The position numbers and the translations under genes were made by a program. A stretch of DNA of 64,000 nt from a virus. Lineage: Duplodnaviria > Caudoviricetes. Each line of letters opens with the position of its first letter. Within the stretch, counting starts at the first letter, position 1. The DNA is taken from positions 1 to 64,000 of IMG/VR virus record IMGVR_UViG_2706796752_000001. One strand, written 5' to 3'. Below the pieces are notes generated by a model. The model did no database searches. It saw only the letters and a program-made list of their open reading frames with translations, and was not told the DNA's origin. Shown here piece by piece: positions 17,431 to 26,426 of this stretch.

Positions 17431-17798
17431 TCCCGTTCCTCCTCGTCGATGAAAACTCTAAACTCTTCTAGTAACTCATCTCGTTCTGCAATGTAATTCG
17501 ATAAATAGATTAGACCTTTATCTTCTGACTCTTCTGTCCGTTCTGGGTCGACAACTAACGCCCACGCAACATCTTCGTCGTCTGTGAAAATGTAATAATT
17601 AGGGTCATCCGCCTCTAATGATGGATAAGCATCCTCCCAAGCTGCAAACTGGTCTTCAGTAATCAGTTTCTTTTCTAATGCCCATTCCATAAAATCAGGA
17701 GCGTCAATGTTGTAACCGTAATGGTCGATGAACGACTCACCATTGTCAACTTCCCATGTCTTAATCTCATTGAACACCACAAAAGCTCTTGTATCCAT
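17427..17798 (-). CDS. Highly acidic hypothetical protein
   Basis: First gene after promoter 17829-17857; RBS AAGGAGGAG. Confidence 0.75.
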   Translation of the reverse strand: MDTRAFVVFNEIKTWEVDNGESFIDHYGYNIDAPDFMEWALEKKLITEDQFAAWEDAYPSLEADDPNYYIFTDDEDVAWALVVDPERTEESEDKGLIYLSNYIAERDELLEEFRVFIDEEERD

Positions 17799-17828
17799 TA
17801 GTATCTCCTCCTTGTTTGGTATGAACTA

Positions 17829-17857
17829 ATCTTACCACATAGATTTATAGATTGCAA
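17829..17857 (-). promoter_or_regulatory. sigma-A-type early promoter
   Basis: TTGCAA-17-(TG)TAAGAT. Confidence 0.75.
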
Positions 17858-17886
17858 GACTTTTATATAAAAAAAAGAAGAAGATT

Positions 17887-18192
17887 TTACTCTTCTTCTA
17901 AGTTCTCTAGCTCATACTCCACTTCACCTATTTCCGCTTCTAGGTTATCTACCTTTTCTTCTATTCGCGTATATTGTCTTTCACTATCTTTTAGTTTACT
18001 TCTCATATTGTCTAATTGATTCTCGACTTCTTCTAACTCGCTTTCTAGTTCTGCCTTTTGTTCCCTTAAACTCTCGATTTCATACTCCGCTTCATTACAT
18101 TCCGTATCTGCATCGTCTAGCAAGCCTTCCGATACTTCTAAACTTTCTTTAAGGTCTGACAACTTGTTCTCTAGCTCTTCACGTTTACTCAT
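17887..18192 (-). CDS. Acidic coiled-coil protein
   Basis: Heptad L/E pattern throughout. Confidence 0.75.
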   Translation of the reverse strand: MSKREELENKLSDLKESLEVSEGLLDDADTECNEAEYEIESLREQKAELESELEEVENQLDNMRSKLKDSERQYTRIEEKVDNLEAEIGEVEYELENLEEE

Positions 18193-18854
18193 TAGAATCT
18201 CCCTCCATTAATTACCTCTCTAGCAATCTCGTCTAACCAATCAATCATATTCTCTGGATTATTTGTATTATTCTTAACCACGTAGTCTACTTTTTCGTTC
18301 ATTAACGTAGCTTCCGTCTCATGTTTGATAGTCTTCTCGTCCACAACCTCTCCAGACGCCTTTATACGCTCGATACGGATGTCTTCGTCCACTTCTAGTC
18401 TAATTATAGTAAATCCATTTGCGCGAGCGTATTCGAACTCATTAGGCTGTCTAAGACCAGTTAATAAAACCTTTTGATGCGGGTTATTTCGAAGCGATAC
18501 AGCACCAGTCTCATATTTTCTATTTTGGATAGCGGACGAATCGCGACTTATGCGATTTTGTACCTTATCAATCCAGTAATCGTCTCCGTGAACAAATCTC
18601 TTTAATTGACCGAATAACTGATAGCCCTCTCGTGGCTTTCCTTCATGGTATGCAAACTCATAAGGACCTCTTCTAGCGTCTTCATCGTAATCTAGTTTTA
18701 AGTCATCACTCATGTCATACACATAGAAACCGTACATCTCACTAAGGTAATCTGCTGCTGTCGATTTACCTGTACGAGATAGTCCTGTAATCGCGATTTT
18801 ATGCTTAATCCCTAATCGTTCGAATGTGTGATGCGTGTCTTTATAACTCATCAT
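18192..18854 (-). CDS. Deoxynucleoside monophosphate kinase-like P-loop kinase
   Basis: ITGLSRTGKST Walker A, YQLFGQ, LRQPNE, HETE; near thyA. Confidence 0.88.
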   Translation of the reverse strand: MMSYKDTHHTFERLGIKHKIAITGLSRTGKSTAADYLSEMYGFYVYDMSDDLKLDYDEDARRGPYEFAYHEGKPREGYQLFGQLKRFVHGDDYWIDKVQNRISRDSSAIQNRKYETGAVSLRNNPHQKVLLTGLRQPNEFEYARANGFTIIRLEVDEDIRIERIKASGEVVDEKTIKHETEATLMNEKVDYVVKNNTNNPENMIDWLDEIAREVINGGRF

Positions 18855-19154
18855 TTTACCTCCGCTAATTCAATTTCTTGATTAATCGTGGTTTTGATAC
18901 GGTCAAACTCCGCTGCACTCATAAACCCTTTATCAAATAGTATCTGCATGTCCTTTAATTCATTAATCAATAATTGTACGTTGTTCATTTTGTTTCCTCC
19001 TTATATTTCGCAATCTCTTCTGGGAAATCTCGCTTAATTGCCGTCTGGAACTCTTTTAGCATATACTTTACCATATCTTTAGTTACATGACCATTTCTTG
19101 CTCTACGGTCCATCCACATGTATAGACTTAACATGTCATCTTCGAATTTAGTTG

Positions 19155-20057
19155 TCATGATTTCACCTCGCCAACCGATACTTTACCTTTAATAGTTTCA
19201 TGGTGTTGATACTCCGTAAATTCCATGTCCTCCCACTTGTAATCTGTAATCTTCTCTTTCACACCGTTAACTATAAGTTGTGGCTGCGGGAATGGTTTAC
19301 GAGAAATCTGTAATTCTACTTGTTTTAAATGATTTAAATAGATGTGTGCATCCCCTGCATCATACGTTAGCGAGCCTACTTTTAACCCAGTCATAGCAGC
19401 TACTAAGAATAATAGATACCCATAAGAGCTTACATTGAATGCGTAACCTAAGAATAAATCGTTAGAACGCATTGAAAATTTAAGATTCAAAGTATCTTTG
19501 TTGCTCACATAGAATTGGAACGACACATGACAACAAGGTAATGCTGCCTTCTTGAACGCTGTTGGATGCCATGCGCTAATATATAATCGTCTTGATTCTG
19601 GGTTTCTCTTAATCTCTTCGATAACCCATTCAATTTGATTAAACCCTTCACTGTTCCAGTCAGTCCATTGTTTACCGTAAATAGGTCCTAAATCGAATCC
19701 GTAGATACTAGCCATCTCTATGAAACTATCAAAATCTAACTCTCCACCTTGTTCTTGATAGAATCGATGTGCATCTGCATCCCAGATATGAACATTCCTA
19801 TCTAGCAGCCACTTAAGGTCCGTACTTCCGCTTAAGAACCACATAAGCTCTTCGAATACTACGCGTAAAGGTACTTTCTTATTCGTAACTACAGGGAACT
19901 TATTGCTGCAATCGAATGTGTGATTTACATTAAATAGACTAATAGTGCCTGTCCCAGTTCGGTCCTCTCTCCGCTCACCATGCGTTAATACATCCTTAAA
20001 CATGGCATTCGTTAAATAATCTACGTCGTTTTCTCTAATCTGTTGTAATGTTGTCAT
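19155..20057 (-). CDS. thyA: Thymidylate synthase
   Basis: DRTGTGT, ELMWFLSG, LGPIYGKQW, ALPCCH, MRSNDLFLG..FN, GDAHIY. Confidence 0.98.
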   Translation of the reverse strand: MTTLQQIRENDVDYLTNAMFKDVLTHGERREDRTGTGTISLFNVNHTFDCSNKFPVVTNKKVPLRVVFEELMWFLSGSTDLKWLLDRNVHIWDADAHRFYQEQGGELDFDSFIEMASIYGFDLGPIYGKQWTDWNSEGFNQIEWVIEEIKRNPESRRLYISAWHPTAFKKAALPCCHVSFQFYVSNKDTLNLKFSMRSNDLFLGYAFNVSSYGYLLFLVAAMTGLKVGSLTYDAGDAHIYLNHLKQVELQISRKPFPQPQLIVNGVKEKITDYKWEDMEFTEYQHHETIKGKVSVGEVKS

Positions 20058-20069
20058 TTGTTTGCTCCT

Positions 20070-20312
20070 TTAGCAATGATATAAATATTTAGCCCCGCAT
20101 ACAGGACAAAAATATGTTTTGTGTCTTGAATAATAACCTTGTTCCGTTTTCATATGGAACCACCAGTGACCTAATAACCAGCAGGTGAGTGATGCTCTTT
20201 TAAAACTGCTAGCGTATTCTGAGCCGCTTAAGAAAGGACTTTTCTTCATATCCCTCACAAACAACCAGAACACGCATAAAAATGAAGTTATTAATAGTCT
20301 TACTTGTTCCAT
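20070..20312 (-). CDS. Small zinc-finger protein (DUF1660-like)
   Basis: LTCWLLGHWW...FCPVCG; true start may be internal. Confidence 0.6.
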   Translation of the reverse strand: MEQVRLLITSFLCVFWLFVRDMKKSPFLSGSEYASSFKRASLTCWLLGHWWFHMKTEQGYYSRHKTYFCPVCGAKYLYHC

Positions 20313-20557
20313 AACTCGTCCAAGAAGTCGCTATAGTTGTTTAACTCATCATCTGTTAGTGAATCTAGATTTCGTGGTGCCATACCGAACTCTTTCTCAC
20401 TTTCTTGAATGAACTCTCGGAACGTTTGGTCGTTCTGTACATCTGTAACCCCGTGTAATTTATACGCCTCTTTAACTTGAATATCCAATAACTCACTAGT
20501 AACCTTCAACATGTTACCTATCCCCTCTCTCATCCTCTTGTCTCTTTTGAAATTCAA
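20300..20557 (-). CDS. Hypothetical protein
   Basis: Likely starts MLKVT at 20512 after RBS GAGGGG. Confidence 0.65.
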   Translation of the reverse strand: MNFKRDKRMREGIGNMLKVTSELLDIQVKEAYKLHGVTDVQNDQTFREFIQESEKEFGMAPRNLDSLTDDELNNYSDFLDELWNK

Positions 20558-20753
20558 GAATCCAAGCTGGTATCTCCTCTTCCAACTTCAACTCTTTATG
20601 TGCCGTTGTTTTATTACATTTCACACAGTGTAGGTCTTTTGTATGGTCTCTCTTTTTCATTCGACCTCCACTTCTCCATAGTCGTGTAACGTGGTTACAT
20701 TCACTACATCTTAGGCTGGTCTCCTTTACATGTGTATTTTTCTCTCTAGCCAT
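20514..20753 (-). CDS. Zinc-ribbon protein resembling ribosomal protein L33
   Basis: LRCSECNH...LHCVKCNKTTAHKELK; first gene after promoter 20785-20813. Confidence 0.7.
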   Translation of the reverse strand: MAREKNTHVKETSLRCSECNHVTRLWRSGGRMKKRDHTKDLHCVKCNKTTAHKELKLEEEIPAWILEFQKRQEDERGDR

Positions 20754-20784
20754 TGTTTTTATCTCCTTTCTTTTGTATAAGTTT

Positions 20785-20813
20785 ACTATACACTAAAGGA
20801 GTTGGTATGTCAA
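20785..20813 (-). promoter_or_regulatory. sigma-A-type early promoter
   Basis: TTGACA-17-TATAGT. Confidence 0.8.
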
Positions 20814-20840
20814 TACTTTTATATAAAAAAAAAGAGAGAA

Positions 20841-21242
20841 CTAATCTCTCTCTTTGTAATGACTAGCAATCTTGAGAATACTATCGAAATCACTGTCACT
20901 GGTGAACCCGAAAACAATCTCAATTCCGGTAACACTTACACCAGCTGTTACGGGGATTGTTTTACTCTCTAGGCTAACTGTAGTGTTCAACTCGTCCGTA
21001 CCTTTGATACGCTTAGCTGTCTGCATCATCTTGACAACTTCTTTATCTTTAGCTTGGACCAGCTCAGCAGGAAGGAATACTGCACCCTCAAGCACAGTAC
21101 CTCCTAGTATTTCTCGTCGTTGAAACTTCTCAACTGATAGAATGAAATTTTCTAAGAATGTTCGTCGTGAGGGGAACTTCTCTACTTTAACCTCTTCAAT
21201 CGCGGATGATACTTCTTCGGTTACCTCTTTACCTAGTTCCAT
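20841..21242 (-). CDS. Hypothetical protein
   Basis: 133 aa, coupled to upstream gene. Confidence 0.7.
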   Translation of the reverse strand: MELGKEVTEEVSSAIEEVKVEKFPSRRTFLENFILSVEKFQRREILGGTVLEGAVFLPAELVQAKDKEVVKMMQTAKRIKGTDELNTTVSLESKTIPVTAGVSVTGIEIVFGFTSDSDFDSILKIASHYKERD

Positions 21243-21976
21243 TAATTGTTCACCACCAATTGTAGTTTTTCTTTAACTTTTTCTTCTTCTTCGAATGTAT
21301 TCTTAACCCATTCTTTGTAGTGTTCTTTCTTAACGAATGAAATAATAACAGCTACTTCAGAGCCTTCTAGTCCGGTCTGGATAGGGCTTAGATTAGTAGG
21401 GTTAGAGTTAGTCCCGTCGTCAGTAACAACTACTACATCGCCGCCTAAATCGATTACATGCCCATCAGCAATGTGTTGTCGGAACATTTCTTGCAGCATC
21501 TTCATGTCAACGCCATAATCCATACCTTTAGCGAAAATCTTCTTGTGAAGTTCTGGGTCATCGTGCCAATTACTGATAATTTGAATGAAGTGTGGTACCT
21601 TCTCCTCATCAGTAGATGGGTATAAAGTGAACTGGTAGTTTTCGAATCTATTTTTAATAAGCTGCGCTACTAGGTCGATTACTTCACCGTACTGAGTTAC
21701 AGATGCTTTTCGTGATACGATATCTGTTAAACTCATCGTATTTTTAATACCTTCTACCTTTGTATCTAATTTTGTCATGTTATCGTCTCCTTTAATTTCG
21801 TTTTTAATTTCACTAAGCTTTCCTATAGCCTTCTTTATCGAGTCGCTATATCTTACTTCTTCTTTGTGCTCCTTTACGGATTTCTTAACTCCGAAGAACA
21901 GCACGAGTGTGTACCCTAGTAAAGCAATTATTATAACCTTCACTATAAGATAATTGACATCGAAAGACCCTGACAC
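21242..21976 (-). CDS. Hypothetical protein with N-terminal membrane anchor
   Basis: 244 aa; possible internal restart MTKLD after AAAGGAG. Confidence 0.75.
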   Translation of the reverse strand: MSGSFDVNYLIVKVIIIALLGYTLVLFFGVKKSVKEHKEEVRYSDSIKKAIGKLSEIKNEIKGDDNMTKLDTKVEGIKNTMSLTDIVSRKASVTQYGEVIDLVAQLIKNRFENYQFTLYPSTDEEKVPHFIQIISNWHDDPELHKKIFAKGMDYGVDMKMLQEMFRQHIADGHVIDLGGDVVVVTDDGTNSNPTNLSPIQTGLEGSEVAVIISFVKKEHYKEWVKNTFEEEEKVKEKLQLVVNN

Positions 21977-21977
21977 A

Positions 21978-22190
21978 TCAACGTCTTCCTTTTAGTCTCT
22001 CTTTAATATAGTCATATCCCATTCCAACCAAAACGAAAGGAGCTGCAATAACCACCAAAACTAGACCGAATGCGATAGCTCCTAGAACGAGTGCTACTGA
22101 TATTAAAGCCATAACTAGTAGTAACGGAACACATACAATAATCTGCAAGATTACTAGTAATACTTCCAAAATTCCTAATACAAATTTCAT
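21978..22190 (-). CDS. Membrane protein
   Basis: Very hydrophobic 70 aa, RBS GAGGTG. Confidence 0.7.
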   Translation of the reverse strand: MKFVLGILEVLLVILQIIVCVPLLLVMALISVALVLGAIAFGLVLVVIAAPFVLVGMGYDYIKERLKGRR

Positions 22191-22220
22191 TTTATCACCT
22201 CTATTCTATTATAGCATAGT

Positions 22221-22535
22221 TTAGAATAATGAGAACTGACCGTCGTCTTCCTCTTTTAACGGTTCCGGTTCGATGTACTCTGCATATTCTTGTTCCACAG
22301 TTTCTGTTAATGCTTGTTCAACAATATCGTAATCCTCAAAAGGTTCCCCTTCTAGGCTTGTCCATTTACCTCCGAGTTCGTAGTTATATCTTTCTACTAC
22401 AGTTAATTCTCCTATAATACCTCTTGTATGAGCCTCTGAGTCTATGTTACCTTCAGCCTCTTTCATTGTATCTGCTGCTTTAGTAAACTCGTAACTCTTT
22501 CCATTTGAACTCTCTACTATAAATTTGAATAACAT
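22221..22535 (-). CDS. Acidic hypothetical protein
   Basis: RBS GAGGAGGAG; ends GQFSLF. Confidence 0.75.
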   Translation of the reverse strand: MLFKFIVESSNGKSYEFTKAADTMKEAEGNIDSEAHTRGIIGELTVVERYNYELGGKWTSLEGEPFEDYDIVEQALTETVEQEYAEYIEPEPLKEEDDGQFSLF

Positions 22536-22555
22536 GTATATCTCCTCCTCATTAA

Positions 22556-22966
22556 CTACATGTTACCACGTAATTCTCTAACAGTCAACACTGTTCTTAA
22601 AATATTTACCGCACTTTTCAACCCAGCTCTATCATCTAGTAGAATATTATAGTATAGTTTCTTGTTTTCGGTAAACGGTAAGAAATCCGGCATCTTGTTA
22701 ATTGAATCGAACGGAATCATATTTTCTTTTAAGTAGTTGCTAACCTTATACAGTTCTGTGTTAGGTCGTGCCGTATATACCATAAGGTACGCACCAGCTT
22801 CATGAAGTTCATGAATTAATTCGATAACCTCACTGTAGTCGTGACCTTCTTGATGGTAATCGTATACTGTGTTATCAAAATCATAAGCTACTACTATTCG
22901 TCCATATGCGTCCCATTCTCTCAATAATCTTCTAGCTGCATTACCCTCACTCATAAAATAATCCAT
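22556..22966 (-). CDS. HAD-superfamily phosphatase-like protein
   Basis: VAYDFDNTV (motif I), YTAR, LLDDRA; start probably MDYF at 22966. Confidence 0.8.
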   Translation of the reverse strand: MDYFMSEGNAARRLLREWDAYGRIVVAYDFDNTVYDYHQEGHDYSEVIELIHELHEAGAYLMVYTARPNTELYKVSNYLKENMIPFDSINKMPDFLPFTENKKLYYNILLDDRAGLKSAVNILRTVLTVRELRGNM

Positions 22967-23006
22967 TATTGCTCCCCCTAAAGTAAAGAGCCCCATAGGG
23001 CTCATA

Positions 23007-24494
23007 TTATTTTGTATAGCTTGCTAGAATCTCACGAACTTCAGATAGTGATTGCTCACGAACTAGTTTACCATCTTCGAATACAGTTTCTAGTAAATCT
23101 CCTTCAATCGGTGCGTCGTCGATACTGATGTTATCAATTGTAACAATCTTACCATCACGCTCAACTACAGCTACACGACCTTTGTTAGATTTCTTAGTTC
23201 CATCATCCGTTTTAGGATTCTTCTGGATTAATTTCTCTTCACCTTTAACCTGCGCCCAAGTCGCCTTCATCGCAAATCCTAATGAGTCCCGAGTGTTGTA
23301 TGCATAAGTGTAAGAACCTACTCCTAGTACTACATTTTCGATTGAGAATCCAGCAGCTACTAATCTAGAATAAATCTCTTGCATGCGCTCATAAGTGATT
23401 GAGTCTCCATAGATAGCTCCGATACAAGGTGGTAGCACTTTATATCCTTTACTATTAACTGTGAATCCGAAGATTTTAGCTAATGATGCTACTAGTCCCA
23501 TACGCGCCCACTCGTTATCTGCATTAGGGTCACCACATAAGATATCTTCCGGCACACCAGAGTCTGGTCGAATTACTAGTTTACCATCACGACCTTCAAT
23601 TACATCTTTAAGGTTAGGTAGTACACGTGATACGTTATCCCAGAAGTCAAATGAATCTGATACGACACTCACGATACCTGTAGGGTACACTTCAGTCAAT
23701 AATCTACGGAATGTTTCTTCTTCGTCTAAATTAACATCTGCCGATGCACACATCACACTATGTTCGGTAGCGCTAACAGAACCTGCAACTAACTCAGTCT
23801 CTACATTAGCATTATAGTATTCTTCTAGATATACGATAGCTGGAATACTGTCAGTTCCTACGAATGATAGTAGGTGACCAGAACCAGATTTCTCTGTAGT
23901 TTGTAATGAACCCATTCCGCGCATAGAGAAGTCATGTAATAACCATTTAACTTGTTCTGGGTCTACCATAGTTAGTTCTGCAAATTCATTCATAATTTTA
24001 CGGTAATTGTACGCAATCGTCGCGGATGTCATAGCTTGCCATAACTGGTTAGAAATAATAGTTTCTAGGAAGTTAGTAACCCAGAAGAAATCTTTATGAG
24101 TATTTTCGATTGTCATCATAGGTGTACGTAATGGAACTACAGTACCTTCTTTAACTGCTTTTATACGAACTGGTAGGTAACCTAATCGATGTAACTCTGC
24201 GATACGACTTCCGTCTGCCTTATCTGCACCTAATGAATACTTTAGGATTCTAGTATACTGATGAACCGCTACAATCTCTGGTAAATTGAAGAAGTGGTAC
24301 TCGAACGCTTCGATTAAGTCTTCTTTAATCATTCCTTGGATTCCCCAAGATACAACTCCATCTGTATAAGGCATGTACTTGTTAGAACGAGGCGTCCATG
24401 TAGAGTAAATGTACTCTGTTCCTTCCGGATACTGTGGAGCATGTCCTGTTTTATAGAAATCCGTTCTTAACATAGGGTTTTTAGTTGCTGTCAT
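23007..24494 (-). CDS. nadV: Nicotinamide phosphoribosyltransferase-family protein (probable Namat of NARP1)
   Basis: TDFYKTGH, HDFSMRG, ATEHSVM, SVVSDSFD, IRPDSG, IYGDSIT, RDSLGFAMK. Confidence 0.93.
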   Translation of the reverse strand: MTATKNPMLRTDFYKTGHAPQYPEGTEYIYSTWTPRSNKYMPYTDGVVSWGIQGMIKEDLIEAFEYHFFNLPEIVAVHQYTRILKYSLGADKADGSRIAELHRLGYLPVRIKAVKEGTVVPLRTPMMTIENTHKDFFWVTNFLETIISNQLWQAMTSATIAYNYRKIMNEFAELTMVDPEQVKWLLHDFSMRGMGSLQTTEKSGSGHLLSFVGTDSIPAIVYLEEYYNANVETELVAGSVSATEHSVMCASADVNLDEEETFRRLLTEVYPTGIVSVVSDSFDFWDNVSRVLPNLKDVIEGRDGKLVIRPDSGVPEDILCGDPNADNEWARMGLVASLAKIFGFTVNSKGYKVLPPCIGAIYGDSITYERMQEIYSRLVAAGFSIENVVLGVGSYTYAYNTRDSLGFAMKATWAQVKGEEKLIQKNPKTDDGTKKSNKGRVAVVERDGKIVTIDNISIDDAPIEGDLLETVFEDGKLVREQSLSEVREILASYTK

Positions 24495-24539
24495 AATAAA
24501 TTCCTCTTTTCGGTTTTTTTTTATTTTTTCTACTCTTTT

Positions 24540-24568
24540 ATATTAGCATCTTTTACCAATCTAGTCAA
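24540..24568 (-). promoter_or_regulatory. sigma-A-type promoter
   Basis: TTGACT-17-(TG)TAATAT. Confidence 0.75.
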
Positions 24569-24571
24569 CTA

Positions 24572-25408
24572 CTATTTTAAAATTGTTAATTTAGGATGTA
24601 CATCTGTTTCGTCTAGCATTGAATCCGATGTGAAAACTTCGTCAATGTAGTCTGTCTTAAGGATTTCACCGTCAAAGATTGTCTTCTCACAATGAGTGGT
24701 TAATAGATATACTGATTTAGCCCCCATCTCTTTAGCTGTTACCGCTGCACCAGAGTAAGCTCCATTAAAGTATCCTACGAATGTTCCACCTTTAGAAATA
24801 AGGTCGTCCACAATTAGTACTTTCTTACCAGCTTTCATATCACCTAAAACCGAGAATCCTGTGATATTACCTGTAGTAAAGTCTCGTTCTTTATGTCCGA
24901 TTAAAGTTTTAAAACCTTTTAGGTCCTTGTATCGTCCTGCTGCACCAGCATCTGGGAACAACAAGTAATCTTCGTCTTTATTAAAGTTAATAATCTTCAG
25001 CGTCTGTTCCATGAAATGAACTTTAGTAGGGAATACCGACAACGTTTTATTAACAACTGCTGGTGTTACGTTTGAGTGAGGTTCGATAATCATCACTTTA
25101 TGGAAGTTTAGGCTGTTTATAAACTCACCTACATATTTAAGTGTGAATACTGAGTTACCTTCTTCTCTGTCCATTCGAGAGTAAGGCATGTATCTCACTT
25201 TCAAAATAATTTTATCGCTGATACCGTGATTATCTAGATGACGCTTAACGAACATCAAGTTAATTAAGTCACTATTATCCTCGTATTTAAACTCAATAAC
25301 CGGAATATCAGTACGACTCGCTGCCGCTTGAATTGCTCCGCCGTTTAATAGAATTTCTTTATTAGGAAACTCTGTAACTACTACTAACTCATCATTTACT
25401 TTAATCAT
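24572..25408 (-). CDS. prs: Ribose-phosphate pyrophosphokinase-family protein (probable Adps of NARP1)
   Basis: FPNKE, YMPYSRMDR, EPHS, FPDAGA..RY, VDDLISKGGTF, THCE. Confidence 0.92.
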   Translation of the reverse strand: MIKVNDELVVVTEFPNKEILLNGGAIQAAASRTDIPVIEFKYEDNSDLINLMFVKRHLDNHGISDKIILKVRYMPYSRMDREEGNSVFTLKYVGEFINSLNFHKVMIIEPHSNVTPAVVNKTLSVFPTKVHFMEQTLKIINFNKDEDYLLFPDAGAAGRYKDLKGFKTLIGHKERDFTTGNITGFSVLGDMKAGKKVLIVDDLISKGGTFVGYFNGAYSGAAVTAKEMGAKSVYLLTTHCEKTIFDGEILKTDYIDEVFTSDSMLDETDVHPKLTILK

Positions 25409-25449
25409 TTGTTTCTCCTCCTTTTGTTTGTGTTCCTTGCTACAAACTT

Positions 25450-25478
25450 ATAGTAACATGAGAATCTATTAAATGCAA
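25450..25478 (-). promoter_or_regulatory. sigma-A-type promoter
   Basis: TTGCAT-17-(TG)TACTAT, after terminator at about 25490-25518. Confidence 0.75.
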
Positions 25479-25524
25479 CATATTTTTACAAAAAAAAAGA
25501 ACCCCGAAGGATTCTTTTAATCTA

Positions 25525-26361
25525 TTACTTAAATGTACCCCAGTAGTTCACGCGTTTACCACCTTTAGATTCACCAGTAGCTAAGTAGCCGTAGCCATTA
25601 CTACGTGGTTGACGAATCCAGACATAACCATCGTATTCGATACCAAAACCATTGTAGTTAACTGTAGAACCAGCCGGAAGTGTAGCGATTACTCCTGCAC
25701 TTGTGAATGGTGCTGTACGTAACTTGATTGTAGTATTTGTTACGAAAGTTCCTGTCTCTTTAGTGAACCAGCTAGAATCGTAGTCACCAGATGGTGGCTT
25801 TGGAGTAGGTTCTGGTTTAGGGTCTGGTTTTGGTTCTGGGTTTGGTGTACCGCCGCCACCGTTACGTTTCTCGTTAGCACGACGTTCACATTCTGCCTTG
25901 AACCAACCTACACGACCTTCATCTAACATACGGTGTGGGCAATATTTACCATTACGCTCTTGGTGAGTCTTAACTTTAGAGATTGGGATATTGAAACGTA
26001 CCATTAAATCTGAGATATGCTCGATAGCGTTTAACTCAGCTTTACGATAACGCTCTCCACCACTCATAGAGTAACAGATTTCTACACCGATAGAGTTACG
26101 GTTACCAGCTCCGTACGTACCGTCTCCAGCGTGCCATGCATTGCGGTCAAATGGTACGACTTGTTGAACTTCGAAATCATCGACTGCTGTATGGAATGAT
26201 GTACCTGTAGAGTTATTACGAACGTTACGTACTTCTGCTGAAGCTGATGCATCGTTATACGTGTTATGGAACGTAATCTCGGTAGGATTCATCCAGTTAG
26301 GTCCGATAACTTTCAAGCGTTCTGGGTCCGTTACCAAGTATTGTGTATTGATATTCATCAA
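25525..26361 (-). CDS. Endolysin, N-acetylmuramoyl-L-alanine amidase (Amidase_2) with P/K linker and SH3_5 cell-wall-binding domain
   Basis: ITFHNT, SFHTAVDD, AWHAGDG, SIGVEIC, THQ..NGKYCP; C-terminal DGYVWI...YLATG...WGTFK. Confidence 0.96.
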   Translation of the reverse strand: MMNINTQYLVTDPERLKVIGPNWMNPTEITFHNTYNDASASAEVRNVRNNSTGTSFHTAVDDFEVQQVVPFDRNAWHAGDGTYGAGNRNSIGVEICYSMSGGERYRKAELNAIEHISDLMVRFNIPISKVKTHQERNGKYCPHRMLDEGRVGWFKAECERRANEKRNGGGGTPNPEPKPDPKPEPTPKPPSGDYDSSWFTKETGTFVTNTTIKLRTAPFTSAGVIATLPAGSTVNYNGFGIEYDGYVWIRQPRSNGYGYLATGESKGGKRVNYWGTFK

Positions 26362-26426
26362 TGAATCATCCTTTCTATTTTTGGCTGCTTCTAATATAGC
26401 GGCAGGTTCACATTATTTCTAATAGA

